A stretch of 64,000 nt of DNA from contig OZ223236.1 of NCBI GenBank assembly GCA_965140445.1, positions 1,504,001-1,568,000 on the forward strand, given 5' to 3'. The notes under the pieces were generated by a model. It did not search any database and had not been told where the DNA came from. It saw only the letters and a list, made by a program, of their open reading frames with translations. The position numbers and the translations under genes were made by a program. The DNA comes from Candidatus Ozemobacteraceae bacterium (GTDB lineage: Bacteria > Muiribacteriota > Ozemobacteria > Ozemobacterales > Ozemobacteraceae). This document shows positions 21,004-31,352 of this stretch, one piece after another; position 1 is the first letter of the stretch, and each line of letters begins with the position of its first letter.

Positions 21004-21848
21004 CTGGGACACCAAGCCTCCCTGGGATTGATTCCTCTGGCGCTTAAATAGGTGTACCATTTATTTTGCATTGGTTTTTCGCTCTTTGTTGCCAAAGAAT
21101 TGTGCGAAAAATACTCGTAATGATAACCCAACAACGCCAGTTTTCTCTTTAATGAAGGTGAACCTTTCGAAAAGCCTCTATCCAGAGCTTCTTCGAATGT
21201 AGTGTGTACCGGCCAATACCCCCACGCTTTTAGTATACTGTTATTATTGTGCATCGGCAAGGGGGAAAGAAGCAACTGCCATTGCGAAAGCGCCTGTATA
21301 TAGCTAAGTTGAGCTTCCAGTGCTGGTTCTATCGCCTGTTTATAGTTGTTTCGCCATTCTTTAATCCACTCAAGATTTCGCATGGGAAATTCTGTGGGAT
21401 CTGGTGTGAGCCCTCTTCTGATGAGATGTAGAAGACGGTCTGGAGAAAGATTTGAAAAATCTGAAGAAGACCAATTTTTGTGTGAAAAAGACTCGCTTTT
21501 CAATGCAATTTCAATTTCTGAATAATCCCTATCCGGCATCTCTTTTTTTAGTATTGTTAAATTCTTTTGCCACTCGTTGAGCTTCTTCGTTTTTATTGAT
21601 TTTACTTCTTCGATTTCATTTCTAGTGTCAGAGAGAGTAAGGTTATAAAGGGCTTCAAACTTAAGTTTATGGTCTGGCCAGGTTGTAAGGAAGCGATCAA
21701 ACATGTCTCTTGATTCTTCCCAATGTCCTAGTGAAAAAGCTCTCTGTGCATCATTAAATAATTCTGTTGGCGAAACGCCGTAACAGGAGGTTACGCCTGA
21801 AATTATTATTGAAAGAAGAATTGTAAATTTTATTAAGCTTTTTTTCAC
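21000..21848 (-). CDS. Secreted helical protein with N-terminal BamD/YbgF-like TPR
   Basis: Signal peptide; LFNDAQRAFSLGHWEESRDMFDRFLTTWPDH...ALYNL. Confidence 0.6.
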   Translation of the reverse strand: MKKSLIKFTILLSIIISGVTSCYGVSPTELFNDAQRAFSLGHWEESRDMFDRFLTTWPDHKLKFEALYNLTLSDTRNEIEEVKSIKTKKLNEWQKNLTILKKEMPDRDYSEIEIALKSESFSHKNWSSSDFSNLSPDRLLHLIRRGLTPDPTEFPMRNLEWIKEWRNNYKQAIEPALEAQLSYIQALSQWQLLLSPLPMHNNNSILKAWGYWPVHTTFEEALDRGFSKGSPSLKRKLALLGYHYEYFSHNSLATKSEKPMQNKWYTYLSARGINPREAWCPR

Positions 21849-21873
21849 TATTTTTTACCCTCGCCGATTATGT

Positions 21874-21889
21874 CGCAAAAAGAATGCCA
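21874..21889 (-). promoter_or_regulatory. Sigma-54 (-24/-12) promoter
   Basis: TGGCAT-TCTTT-TTGCG on the minus strand, exact GG-N10-GC spacing, 26 nt upstream of the GTG. Confidence 0.65.
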
Positions 21890-22080
21890 GAATTTTTTTG
21901 CCCTTACTACTATATATCGACCTATTCTATACTAAACCATAGGGGAATTTTGTCGGGTGAATGTGAAAAAAACGCACGTAATAGTGCGTTTTTATGCTGT
22001 TAACAATGGTTTGGGCATAATTGTAAAAAAAATCCACAATAATATTTCCTTGAAGATAGTATTGAAAAATGGGTACATAA

Positions 22081-22121
22081 AAAAATCAGCCATTTCATTG
22101 ATTAAATGAACTGGCTGATTT
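22081..22121 (-). terminator. Terminator after the FAD-subunit gene
   Basis: AAATCAGCCA...TGGCTGATTT stem with a plus-strand A tract. Confidence 0.7.
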
Positions 22122-22127
22122 CTTAAT

Positions 22128-22976
22128 TCAGGATAGTTTGGTGGCCGCTCGTTTTAATAGAACACCTGCCATTTGTTTCCGATATCTGGCAGTTGAGCGA
22201 ACATCGTCAATCGGTTTGGCAGTTTCACGTCCGATTTTTTCCAGTTGGGCAATTTGCTCATCAGAAAGGGGGAACTGTGCAGATTCAAGGAAATTTTCAG
22301 CTTCCGGGCATCTTATAACTGTGGGGGCTACCGCTCCCATAGCTATTTTATAGCTGTATTTGCCGTCTGTGTTTTTGCTGCGGGAAAGAGCTATATTAAT
22401 TTTTGAAATTGCATGGGCTTTTCTTTCGCCCATTTTGATGAAAACACCTTCTGTTTGTGCTTTTGGCAGCTCAATGCTTTCAATTAACTCGCCTTGAGTA
22501 AGGGAATTTTTCCCTGGGCCGGTGAAGAATTCCTCTATTTTGACTTGTCTCTTTCCAGTAGGGGAGACAATGTTTAAGATGGCATTGAGAGAATAAAGGG
22601 CTGGAATTGTATCGCCGGCTGGTGATGAATTGGCTACATTCCCACCAAGAGTAGCTGAATTTCTAATTTGTTTTGCTCCAACTGTTGATGCTGCGGCGAC
22701 AAGAGCCGGGAAATACTTTATTATTTCTGGATGGGTCACTACTTTTGACATGGTGCATCCGCTATCGATAACAATAGATGTGTCTGTTGTTTTGATTTGA
22801 TCGAGTTGAAGGCCAGAAATATCTACAAAAGCAGTTACTTTTGGTAAAATGCCGTTTCTGAATTTAACAATTAGATCGGTTCCGCCTGCAACAGGAACAG
22901 CACCTGGAGTTTTTTGAAGAATTTCTACGGCTTCTTTTACTGTGTTTGGCTTAAAGAAATCTATGTGCTGATTCAC
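22128..22976 (-). CDS. Xanthine dehydrogenase/CoxM-family FAD-binding subunit
   Basis: PVAGGTDL, QIRNSATLGGNVANSSPAGD, FFTGPG, PIDDVRSTARYR. Confidence 0.92.
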   Translation of the reverse strand: MNQHIDFFKPNTVKEAVEILQKTPGAVPVAGGTDLIVKFRNGILPKVTAFVDISGLQLDQIKTTDTSIVIDSGCTMSKVVTHPEIIKYFPALVAAASTVGAKQIRNSATLGGNVANSSPAGDTIPALYSLNAILNIVSPTGKRQVKIEEFFTGPGKNSLTQGELIESIELPKAQTEGVFIKMGERKAHAISKINIALSRSKNTDGKYSYKIAMGAVAPTVIRCPEAENFLESAQFPLSDEQIAQLEKIGRETAKPIDDVRSTARYRKQMAGVLLKRAATKLS

Positions 22977-22980
22977 AATT

Positions 22981-23463
22981 TTACTCCTGTGTTTCTGAAG
23001 CTTTTTTTACAGCAGCTTCAATTTTTCTATAGCCGGTGCATCGGCAGATGTTTCCAGACAAAGCTTGTTTAATTTCATGCTCGGTTGGTTTTTTGTTGTG
23101 CTTAAGCAGGTGGTAGGATGAAAGGATCATTCCTGGTATACAGAAACCGCATTGAACTGCGCCTTCTGAGACAAATGCGGATTGAACTTTGTTCATTAAT
23201 GGGTCCTTATCCAATCCTTCGACAGTGAAAATCTCATCGGTCTCTCTTAATGTTGCTGCTAATTTTAAACAGCTATTGATTGTTTCGCCATTCAGGATGA
23301 CTGTACAAGCTCCGCATTCGCCTTTCCCACAGCCTTCTTTGATAGCGTTCTGACGAAATTCTCTTCTAAGCATTTCTAGAACCGTCATTTTTGGCAAAAC
23401 TGAAGCCGAAACGGTTTCTCCGTTTAACTTGAAGCTTATGCTGATTGTATTTTCCTTATTCAT
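22981..23463 (-). CDS. CoxS-family 2x[2Fe-2S] subunit
   Basis: KEGCGKGECGACTV...SC, QCGFCIPG, GNICRCTGY. Confidence 0.94.
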   Translation of the reverse strand: MNKENTISISFKLNGETVSASVLPKMTVLEMLRREFRQNAIKEGCGKGECGACTVILNGETINSCLKLAATLRETDEIFTVEGLDKDPLMNKVQSAFVSEGAVQCGFCIPGMILSSYHLLKHNKKPTEHEIKQALSGNICRCTGYRKIEAAVKKASETQE

Positions 23464-23488
23464 GCTTTATCTCCGTTTTATTAAGCAC

Positions 23489-24700
23489 TCACGAAATCTC
23501 ATTCATTTTAACGTATGAGACATATGTCGCGTTGCTAGAAATTGCTGATTTTAAGGCTTCCTGGCTCTTTTCAAGAAGGCCGTCTCCATGGGTTGCATCA
23601 CTTGGATAAGTTGCTCCCCCTATACTTATAAGTTGCTCTTTATCTTTGACAAAGTCAAACTTTGCAACTTGCTTGCTCATGGTTTTTGCAATGCGCCCAG
23701 CAACAACTTCTGATACTTCAGTGTTTGTTTCGGTTAGAATTGCAAGAAATTCTGAATTGCGGGATCCACAAAACATTATGTCCAGACGGCGAAGAGATTG
23801 TTTCATGGATTGAGCCAGAGCTTTTTGCAAACTCTTTACTTCCTCTGGGCTATAATTTTGAATGTTCAAAATTTCAAGGCTCAGAAGAGTCATTACCTGC
23901 TGGTAACGCTCAGATCTTTCCACTTCAGTTTCAAAGGAATCTGCAAAACATTCATATCTTAGCAACCCAGTTGTTTTATCCTTGTATCTTGCATCACCAG
24001 AAGCATTTGTTGATTCAATTAGTGAAAGCATTGTTTCAAGATGAAGAGCTGTTGAAGATAATGAAAATCCTACTTCAGAAGGGGATTTAACCCCAGGAAT
24101 AATTAAAAATCCTGCTTTTGCATTACTTAAAAATAAAGGTACAAAAACACCATCAAGTCTTGTTATTGCTGAACTGAAGGAGATTGCTTCGCCATCTTCC
24201 TTGATTTCCCCAATAATTTCTTCTCCGAGGTTTCCGGGATAGCGTGCGTGAAGCGAGTTTTCCTTGAGGCTGAATTTAATTCCGGGAATCACTGCGGGCA
24301 AATCCCCCGAAGAAGCTGCCATTCTAAATCCAGACTTTTCTTCCAGGATAAGTGCTAAACATTTTTGCCCTGAAATAGGCAAAAGCTTTTCAATAATGGT
24401 CTCGATAGCTTTTTCATCAGGTGTTTCGCCGCTGGAAATTATCCGTCGTAAACTTGAAAAGCTTCGACTTTTTTTCTTGCTTCGGCTTTTACTTTTTGTT
24501 CCGGAAGCAGGAGAATTAATAATAAATTCTTTAAAAATCAAAACTGTATTGATTATTACAAGAATAAGCAAAAGATTGGGAAATCTTATGTTAACGTCCC
24601 ATACTGGTTTTCTGTTCCATATGCCGATGAGCAATACGCAAAGAATAACCAGATTGGCGAATAAATAAGCTTTCAGGTTAACATTATTTTTGTCTTTCAA
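23489..24700 (-). CDS. Membrane protein with degenerate GGDEF domain (possible c-di-GMP receptor)
   Basis: Two TM segments; DKTTGL..FETEVERSERY..LRRLDIMFCGSRNSEF..SIGGATYP. Confidence 0.75.
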   Translation of the reverse strand: MKDKNNVNLKAYLFANLVILCVLLIGIWNRKPVWDVNIRFPNLLLILVIINTVLIFKEFIINSPASGTKSKSRSKKKSRSFSSLRRIISSGETPDEKAIETIIEKLLPISGQKCLALILEEKSGFRMAASSGDLPAVIPGIKFSLKENSLHARYPGNLGEEIIGEIKEDGEAISFSSAITRLDGVFVPLFLSNAKAGFLIIPGVKSPSEVGFSLSSTALHLETMLSLIESTNASGDARYKDKTTGLLRYECFADSFETEVERSERYQQVMTLLSLEILNIQNYSPEEVKSLQKALAQSMKQSLRRLDIMFCGSRNSEFLAILTETNTEVSEVVAGRIAKTMSKQVAKFDFVKDKEQLISIGGATYPSDATHGDGLLEKSQEALKSAISSNATYVSYVKMNEIS

Positions 24701-24891
24701 ACGCTCTCTCCAATCCGAAGCTGTTAGAATTCTGCAAAGGCAATTTCTGCCTGCTTCAACGAAAAAAATTAATTAAAATTACCTTACACAAAGTAGCCTG
24801 CCAATAGATATTATACACAGGCTTCAAATCAGGTGCAATTTTTCTTATAATTACTTACAGTCAAATTATTAATAACAAAGTAAGGAAAAAA

Positions 24892-27800
24892 ATGGCGACA
24901 CAAAATTTAGCGGGTGGCCCAATTGAAAAGCTGTTTTCAAATATTAACCTTGAGCAAACGAACAATTATTCGGGGCTTTCGGGAGTTTTGGCTCCCATAA
25001 CTCTTGCTAGATTAGCTGGACAAGCAGAAATTACCGTTTTTATTGCTCCTAATTCGGAAAGGGCTTTCGAGCTTTTTACCCAATCCAGAGTTTGGGCGGG
25101 TAATCGTGCTGATCGGATTTCTATTTTTTCTCCAGAGCGCAAATCAATCTATGACCATACCGCTGCTGATCCAGAAGTTTTGGAGCAAAGGTTGCTTTCT
25201 CTTTCGAGGTCTTCTATAGGCGGAGGACTGATAATTACTTCTGTAGAATGCCTTGCAGAAAGATTTTATCAGGCAGATCACTGGCTAAAATCTTCGTTTC
25301 ATCTGAAAGCTGGAGACGCCGTTTCCCGCTCAAAATTTTTGGAGAGGCTTATAAATCTCGGTTATAAACGAGTTAATGTGGTGGAAAAAATTGGGCAGGT
25401 AGCGGTGCGAGGAAGTATCGTAGATATTTATTCTCCTGGCATGGAAAACCCTGTGAGGTGTGATTTTTTTGGAGATGATCTTGAAACTCTTAAATATTTT
25501 TCTGTTTCTACCCAGCGAACTTTTGATAAGTTAAGCAAAGCTTCGATTGTTCCGGTTTTTGAGTTCTTGATTGGCGACAATCTTATTGAGGAGATCGCCT
25601 CTGAAGTTAGAGAGCGAATCGATAACCTTGATGAGCGGCATGGTGCCTTGCTTGAAAGAAAATTGGAGCATTTGCTTTCTCATGCTGACTCTAGAGACCT
25701 TTATGAGTTAAGACCTTTTGTTGAAAAGGGTAGCAGTTATTTGTTGGATTATTTTCCAAATTGTCGGATTCTCGCCGAAGAAAAAAGTAATCTTCCGGAA
25801 TCCTTAAATGAGTTTTATCAGTTTCAACAGATTGCATATGAGAAGGATCAGGAGTTTAATCCTCTTAAATCTCAGGAATTTTACTATCATTCCCCTGAGA
25901 CAGTTGTTTTGCGCCTTGAAGAGCACAAGGTAATAAATTTTAGTCGTTTTGGTTCAGAAAATAATCCGGCTTTTTCAACTTTTGAGACCCATTCACCGCC
26001 TGCAGACTCTTCTCGTGAAACCCTTATTAACGAGCTTAGATCGCTGATTTCTGAAAACTGGGCTATTGGAATTTTAATCAATGACTCGAATCGTTTTCAC
26101 AATTTAAAAGGGTTGCTTGGCGACAGAAAAGTTCCAATTCACTCGTCTTCAAATCCACTTGGGCTGAAGTATGCTTCTGTCCGATTTGTGCAGGGTCCGG
26201 GAAGAAAGGGCTTTAAAGATTATTCAAGCAAGGTTTGTATTTTAACTGAAGAAGATATCTATCTTGGTCAGGCAAAAGATAGCGGAAGGAAAAAGACGGC
26301 TTCGCAACAGCAGATTCTCTCTGTTTCACAGATGGTTCCTGGTGATATAGTCGTTCATGCAGATCACGGGGTAGCAGAATTCCGTGGGATACAGACTATG
26401 ACAGCGGCAGGGAATACTCGCGAGTATCTTCTTCTTCAGTATGCCGGCTCGGATAAGCTTTATGTTCCTACTGATCAGGTTCATAAGGTTTCAAGATACA
26501 TTGGCATGGAGGGAACTTCTCCCAGAATCCACAGCCTGAATTCAAAAACCTGGCTAAACCAGCGACAAAGAGTTGGCAAGAATATTGAGAATATTGCCAG
26601 AGAGCTTCTTGAGCTGTATGCAAGTAGGCAGGCAAGTCATGGGTTTGCCTGTAACCCGGATTGCGAGCTTCAGTCTAAAATGGAAGATAAATTTCCATTT
26701 GTAGAAACTCCTGACCAGATGAAAGCCATTGTGGCTACAAAAGAAGATATGGAATCAGAAATCCCTATGGATAGACTGGTTTGCGGCGACGTGGGATATG
26801 GAAAGACCGAAGTTGCAATGAGAGCGGCTTTTAAGGCCGTATGCTCCGGAAAACAGGTTGCTTTCCTTGCGCCAACAACACTTTTGGCATTCCAGCACTA
26901 TCAGACTTTTATAAAACGTTATGAAGGATTGCCTGTTTCTGTGGATATGGTGAGCAGATTGAGAAAGCCAGCTGAACAGAAAGAGACTATTCGCAAGGTT
27001 AAGGAAAACTCTGTAGATGTTTTAATTGGAACTCACAGACTTTTGTCTAAGGATATTAAGTTTGCTGATCTTGGTTTGTTAATGGTGGATGAGGAGCAAC
27101 GTTTTGGAGTTAAGCATAAAGAGCGTTTAAAGCAGCTTAAGGCAAGTATTGATGTTTTGACTCTCACTGCGACTCCTATTCCAAGGACTTTGCAGATGGC
27201 TATGTCTGGTATACGCCAGATAAGCGTTATTGATACCCCTCCTCGTGACAGATTGCCAGTGCAGACCTATGTTGCCCCTTTTGATCCAGCATGGGTAAAG
27301 CGAGCAATTATAAATGAACTGAAACGTGGGGGACAGATTTTCTACGTTTTCAACAGAGTTGATAAAATTGAACAAAAAGCGGCATTTTTGCGTGAGTTGG
27401 TTCCTGAAGCCAGAATAGAGATCGGTCACGGCCAGATGTCGGAAGAAAAAGTGGAAAAGACAATGCTCAGGTTTATCAATAGAGAGTTTGATATTCTGCT
27501 GGCCACAACCATTATTGAGTCAGGGTTAGATATTCCAAACGCTAATACTCTCATAGTTGATGAGGCTGAGCGTCTTGGTTTATCCCAGATGTATCAATTG
27601 CGCGGCAGAGTAGGGCGCTCCAGTCGTCAGGCTTCTGCATTTTTCTTTTATTCGGGAAGGAAAAGGCTTACAAAAGAAGCTCAGGAGAGACTCGAAACAA
27701 TTGAGGAGCATACCTCTCTTGGTTCAGGGTTTAAAATTGCATTAAGAGATCTTCAGATTCGCGGTGCGGGAAACATTCTCGGGGCTGCGCAAAGTGGTCA

Positions 27801-28371
27801 TATTGCCAGTATTGGATTTACTCTTTATATGGAGCTGCTCGAAGAAGCCGTTGCTAAGCTTAAATCAGGCAAATCTTATCGCCGAAAAACAGAAACGGCT
27901 ATTGAAATACCGATTACAGCATTGTTCCCGCAAACATATATTGCCGATGAAGAAACTCGAGTTGATTTGTATGCCAGACTGTCCAGATGCAATGAGCTTG
28001 ATGCTGTAGCACTTATCAGGTCAGAGTGTGAAGACCGCTTTGGCAATCTTCCTGAGGAATCTAACGGTTTGTTTATGATTAGTAAACTAAGAATTCTTGC
28101 TTCAAAAGCCGGAGTAGGAAAGGTTTCCAAGGTTATTAGCAGGTTGAGGTTTGAGTTTGATGCGAATTCCCTTCCTGATATGGGAGGCCTGCTTGCTAGT
28201 GGCAAGTCCTTTGTCAGCAGACTTAGCTTAAATCCTGAAGATAAGAATGCTATTCAAATTTATTTTGCCAGTGAGGCTGCAAATGACTTATTTGAAGAAG
28301 CAGAAGAGTTTTTAACCACTATCATTGATTTGAAAAATAATTCCATGGAGAACGATCTTGAACAAAATTGA
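24892..28371 (+). CDS. mfd: Transcription-repair coupling factor
   Basis: RGSIVDIY, CarD-like VVHADHGV, GDVGYGKTEV, DEEQRFGV, TATPIPRT, QLRGRVGR, DLQIRGAGNILG, TRCF domain. Confidence 0.97.
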   Translation: MATQNLAGGPIEKLFSNINLEQTNNYSGLSGVLAPITLARLAGQAEITVFIAPNSERAFELFTQSRVWAGNRADRISIFSPERKSIYDHTAADPEVLEQRLLSLSRSSIGGGLIITSVECLAERFYQADHWLKSSFHLKAGDAVSRSKFLERLINLGYKRVNVVEKIGQVAVRGSIVDIYSPGMENPVRCDFFGDDLETLKYFSVSTQRTFDKLSKASIVPVFEFLIGDNLIEEIASEVRERIDNLDERHGALLERKLEHLLSHADSRDLYELRPFVEKGSSYLLDYFPNCRILAEEKSNLPESLNEFYQFQQIAYEKDQEFNPLKSQEFYYHSPETVVLRLEEHKVINFSRFGSENNPAFSTFETHSPPADSSRETLINELRSLISENWAIGILINDSNRFHNLKGLLGDRKVPIHSSSNPLGLKYASVRFVQGPGRKGFKDYSSKVCILTEEDIYLGQAKDSGRKKTASQQQILSVSQMVPGDIVVHADHGVAEFRGIQTMTAAGNTREYLLLQYAGSDKLYVPTDQVHKVSRYIGMEGTSPRIHSLNSKTWLNQRQRVGKNIENIARELLELYASRQASHGFACNPDCELQSKMEDKFPFVETPDQMKAIVATKEDMESEIPMDRLVCGDVGYGKTEVAMRAAFKAVCSGKQVAFLAPTTLLAFQHYQTFIKRYEGLPVSVDMVSRLRKPAEQKETIRKVKENSVDVLIGTHRLLSKDIKFADLGLLMVDEEQRFGVKHKERLKQLKASIDVLTLTATPIPRTLQMAMSGIRQISVIDTPPRDRLPVQTYVAPFDPAWVKRAIINELKRGGQIFYVFNRVDKIEQKAAFLRELVPEARIEIGHGQMSEEKVEKTMLRFINREFDILLATTIIESGLDIPNANTLIVDEAERLGLSQMYQLRGRVGRSSRQASAFFFYSGRKRLTKEAQERLETIEEHTSLGSGFKIALRDLQIRGAGNILGAAQSGHIASIGFTLYMELLEEAVAKLKSGKSYRRKTETAIEIPITALFPQTYIADEETRVDLYARLSRCNELDAVALIRSECEDRFGNLPEESNGLFMISKLRILASKAGVGKVSKVISRLRFEFDANSLPDMGGLLASGKSFVSRLSLNPEDKNAIQIYFASEAANDLFEEAEEFLTTIIDLKNNSMENDLEQN

Positions 28372-28753
28372 ACAGGTTACCAAATTACTCCCCGAAGAAT
28401 TCAACAAAGTCTTTAAAATGCATGCTGAAGATATAAATCAGGAGACAGTAAGTTTCCTGTCAGAAGAACTTGATTTGTATCTGGCGAAAATCCGAACCAG
28501 TGCTGAGAAAAATGAAAACATCAATTTACAAGTTGTACAGAGAATGGTTGATGTCTGCAAACATTTATTAACGTCCTTTTCCAGTTTCGATGAGGACGAA
28601 AGAGCAATTATAACCGGAGCAGTAAGGTATTTCCTGGACGAAAATGATGCCAGCGATGATTTGAGTGAAGTTTTTGGCTTTGATGACGATCTGGCTGTTT
28701 TAAATGCGGTTACAATAACACTTAAGAAGCCTGAATTGTTGATTCAGCGCTAG
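28358..28753 (+). CDS. YkvA/DUF1232-like protein
   Basis: GAVRYFL...D...GFDDDLAVL; TTG start overlapping the end of mfd. Confidence 0.65.
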   Translation: MNKIEQVTKLLPEEFNKVFKMHAEDINQETVSFLSEELDLYLAKIRTSAEKNENINLQVVQRMVDVCKHLLTSFSSFDEDERAIITGAVRYFLDENDASDDLSEVFGFDDDLAVLNAVTITLKKPELLIQR

Positions 28754-29475
28754 TCTTTATTGTTGGAAGGCTTGCTGCCGTTATTAAGGAGTTCGAGGTT
28801 ATTTTTTATTGCTTTGATGATTTCGACAGTTTTCTGATTTGGATCTTCTGGAGAATGGAGTTTTCTAAGTGAATTCATCATTTCCAGAATTAATCTGGCC
28901 TTTTCAGGATCTGTTCTTGTGTAGTATTCATAGGCCTCTTTGATGGTCATCTGGACGCCAAGAGGCCCCTGAATTATTTTAACTTTTTCAATAAAGCCTT
29001 TTGGATCAAGAACCAGGTAATAGGAAATAGCTTCTGATGGATTATTGTAATAACCAGTGTTTTTTAGAGATGGACAGTATTTTTCGATGAAATCTCTAGC
29101 GTAATCATTCAATTCGGTTGTCCCGGAGCCAAGTCGCAGTTTTCCAAGAAATTCCAGGAATTGTCTGTTAGCTTCTGTTTGTTGATCTTTGTTTTGTTTA
29201 TCCCTGTCTTTAAAAAGATCTGAAAGACGATTTAGGGAATCCTTGATTGTGGGAGTGATTTTGAACTGTTGCAGATTTTCGTAGGATTTTTTCCACTCTT
29301 CAGCTTTTGGGCTTAGCGTTTCACTGGCCCACTGAGCGGCTCTATTTTTGTACTCATCAGCAACGTCAAACCAACTGTTTTGGGCGAAAGCTGATGAACA
29401 GCAAAGCACAAAAAACAAGAGTAGTTTTAATGTTGCATTAAAGCATAATTTTAGTGATCTTTTTTCCAGACCCAT
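28750..29475 (-). CDS. Hypothetical secreted protein
   Basis: 241-aa ORF with signal-peptide-like LLLFFVLCCSSAFA. Confidence 0.55.
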   Translation of the reverse strand: MGLEKRSLKLCFNATLKLLLFFVLCCSSAFAQNSWFDVADEYKNRAAQWASETLSPKAEEWKKSYENLQQFKITPTIKDSLNRLSDLFKDRDKQNKDQQTEANRQFLEFLGKLRLGSGTTELNDYARDFIEKYCPSLKNTGYYNNPSEAISYYLVLDPKGFIEKVKIIQGPLGVQMTIKEAYEYYTRTDPEKARLILEMMNSLRKLHSPEDPNQKTVEIIKAIKNNLELLNNGSKPSNNKD

Positions 29476-30539
29476 TTTCCGTTATGCCTACTGGCAAGCC
29501 ATTTCATGTGAGAATCAAAAAGAACTTCAGTATCCGGGGCTGAAAGTCCAAGAAGTTTACATGGAGTTCTCCAAATTGATGTCCCAATGACTCCCCAGGA
29601 AATTTCTGCCTGTTCATTCATAATCTTAAGGCACTCGGGAAGCAGCCGACCACCGCCGAAGAAATGGCCTCCGGCAAAGCAACATTTTCCGTTATGGATT
29701 TCCAGATCCTGGCCATAGAGATTATAAAAACCGTCGGTACAACCAGCTGGTGCAACGGCGTCAGAAACCAGTATGACCTGGTCGCTCTCATAATTGGAGT
29801 AAACAAATTTTATCATTTCAGGAGAAACATGCAGTCCATCTGCTATCAGCTCAATAAATGTGCTTTTATTGGTAAGAACAGCGGACAGCAGCCCGGGAGC
29901 CCTGTGGTTAAGTGGTGGCATTGCGTTAAACAGATGAGTGACGTGTTTGGCTCCAGCTTCAATTGCGGCAAGAGTTAAAGACGAATTTGCCTCTGAATGC
30001 CCCAAAGAGCAGATAATGCCAAGTTTTGATGCTTCTTTAATAAACTCGATAGAACCCGGTAGCTCTGGGGCAATGGTAATTATTTTAATTAGCCCGCCAG
30101 CGGCTTTTTGCCAGGCTTTAAGCTCATTAATGTCAGGAGATTTAAGAAGCTCTTCCGGGTGAGAACCTTTTTTTTCATGCGATAGGTATGGGCCTTCAAG
30201 GTGAATTCCCAAAATTTGTGGAAGTAAATCACGGGTTTCGGCAACTTTTTTTATGTCTGTCAGGGCTTTTAATCGTTCTTCTTCGGTGCAGGTAATGAGG
30301 GTCGGAACCACACCGGTAATACCTCTAACAAGCAGTTTGTCCAATAGTTCATTTATTTTTTCCGGGTCTCCGAAAGAAAAATCCCAGCCAAAAGCACCGT
30401 GAATATGAATGTCGATAATTCCTGGAAGTCTGAATCCATCAGAACTTATATCTTTATCCTTTTTGTCTTGTGGATGCAAAAAGGTTCTTTCCGATAAGCC
30501 GAGGGGTAATTCTTTGCCTGAATAAAAATCTATCCTCAT
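29451..30539 (-). CDS. nagA: N-acetylglucosamine-6-phosphate deacetylase
   Basis: PGIIDIHIHG, GIHLEGPY, TIAPE, GHS, THLFNAM, IADGLHV, LVSDA. Confidence 0.92.
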   Translation of the reverse strand: MRIDFYSGKELPLGLSERTFLHPQDKKDKDISSDGFRLPGIIDIHIHGAFGWDFSFGDPEKINELLDKLLVRGITGVVPTLITCTEEERLKALTDIKKVAETRDLLPQILGIHLEGPYLSHEKKGSHPEELLKSPDINELKAWQKAAGGLIKIITIAPELPGSIEFIKEASKLGIICSLGHSEANSSLTLAAIEAGAKHVTHLFNAMPPLNHRAPGLLSAVLTNKSTFIELIADGLHVSPEMIKFVYSNYESDQVILVSDAVAPAGCTDGFYNLYGQDLEIHNGKCCFAGGHFFGGGRLLPECLKIMNEQAEISWGVIGTSIWRTPCKLLGLSAPDTEVLFDSHMKWLASRHNGKWVWKKDH

Positions 30540-30560
30540 AAAATCCTCCTGCTGGGATCA

Positions 30561-31352
30561 TTATACATTTATTTTATAAAAATCTGGAATACGACCTCTA
30601 AATATTGTTAACTGCTCAAATCCAATCTCTTTAAGCTGCCGGGCCGCTTCTGTGAATCCGAAACCAATCCCATCTGGTTTATGTGCGTCTGAACCAATTG
30701 TAACAATTTTTCCGCCAAGTTCTTTATAAATTTGAAGAATTTCACGTTGGGGGTGAAAAGAGTCTAGATTGTAACTGGATTTGGCAGAAGTGTTAATTTC
30801 TATGCCTTTATCATTTTCTATTAGCCAGGTTAGCAACTTTTTCATGTGGGGAAGTGCTTTGGGTGGCAATTTAGAGCCCCTGGCTTCATGATATCGGCGA
30901 AGTATATCCAGGTGTCCAAGGATGTCAAAATCCGGATAATCCATAACCGCAGCAAGAGTTTCTTCAAGAAAAAGAACCCAGCTATCTTCAACTGTTCGCC
31001 CCTTAAAAAACTCTCCTTGATAAAGATCCATCCCCATGGCTCTGTGCATCGAACCTATTACAAAATCGAATTTATAATCTTTTAGTGCAGAGTTGATTTT
31101 TTGGGAATGGTTTTTTTGCAGTCCCAATTCGATGCCAAGGAGAACCTCGATCTTAGTCGTATTGTTTTTTAACGCCGTTATATAGCTATGATATGCGGGA
31201 AGATCTATTCTTGGATCGTCTTTAACAAAATCCGAGTGGTCAGTAATGGCTATCGTTTTAAGCCCTTTTTGAAAGGCCGATTCAATCATCTGCTCGGGAG
31301 TAGCTCTAGAATCTGAAGAAAAATGGGTGTGGCAATGAAGTTCGGCTATCAC
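30561..31352 (-). CDS. PHP-family (HisJ/HisK-type) phosphatase
   Basis: LHCHTHFS, AITDH, GIE, GSMH, GHLD, EINTS, TIGSDAH. Confidence 0.88.
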   Translation of the reverse strand: MIAELHCHTHFSSDSRATPEQMIESAFQKGLKTIAITDHSDFVKDDPRIDLPAYHSYITALKNNTTKIEVLLGIELGLQKNHSQKINSALKDYKFDFVIGSMHRAMGMDLYQGEFFKGRTVEDSWVLFLEETLAAVMDYPDFDILGHLDILRRYHEARGSKLPPKALPHMKKLLTWLIENDKGIEINTSAKSSYNLDSFHPQREILQIYKELGGKIVTIGSDAHKPDGIGFGFTEAARQLKEIGFEQLTIFRGRIPDFYKINV

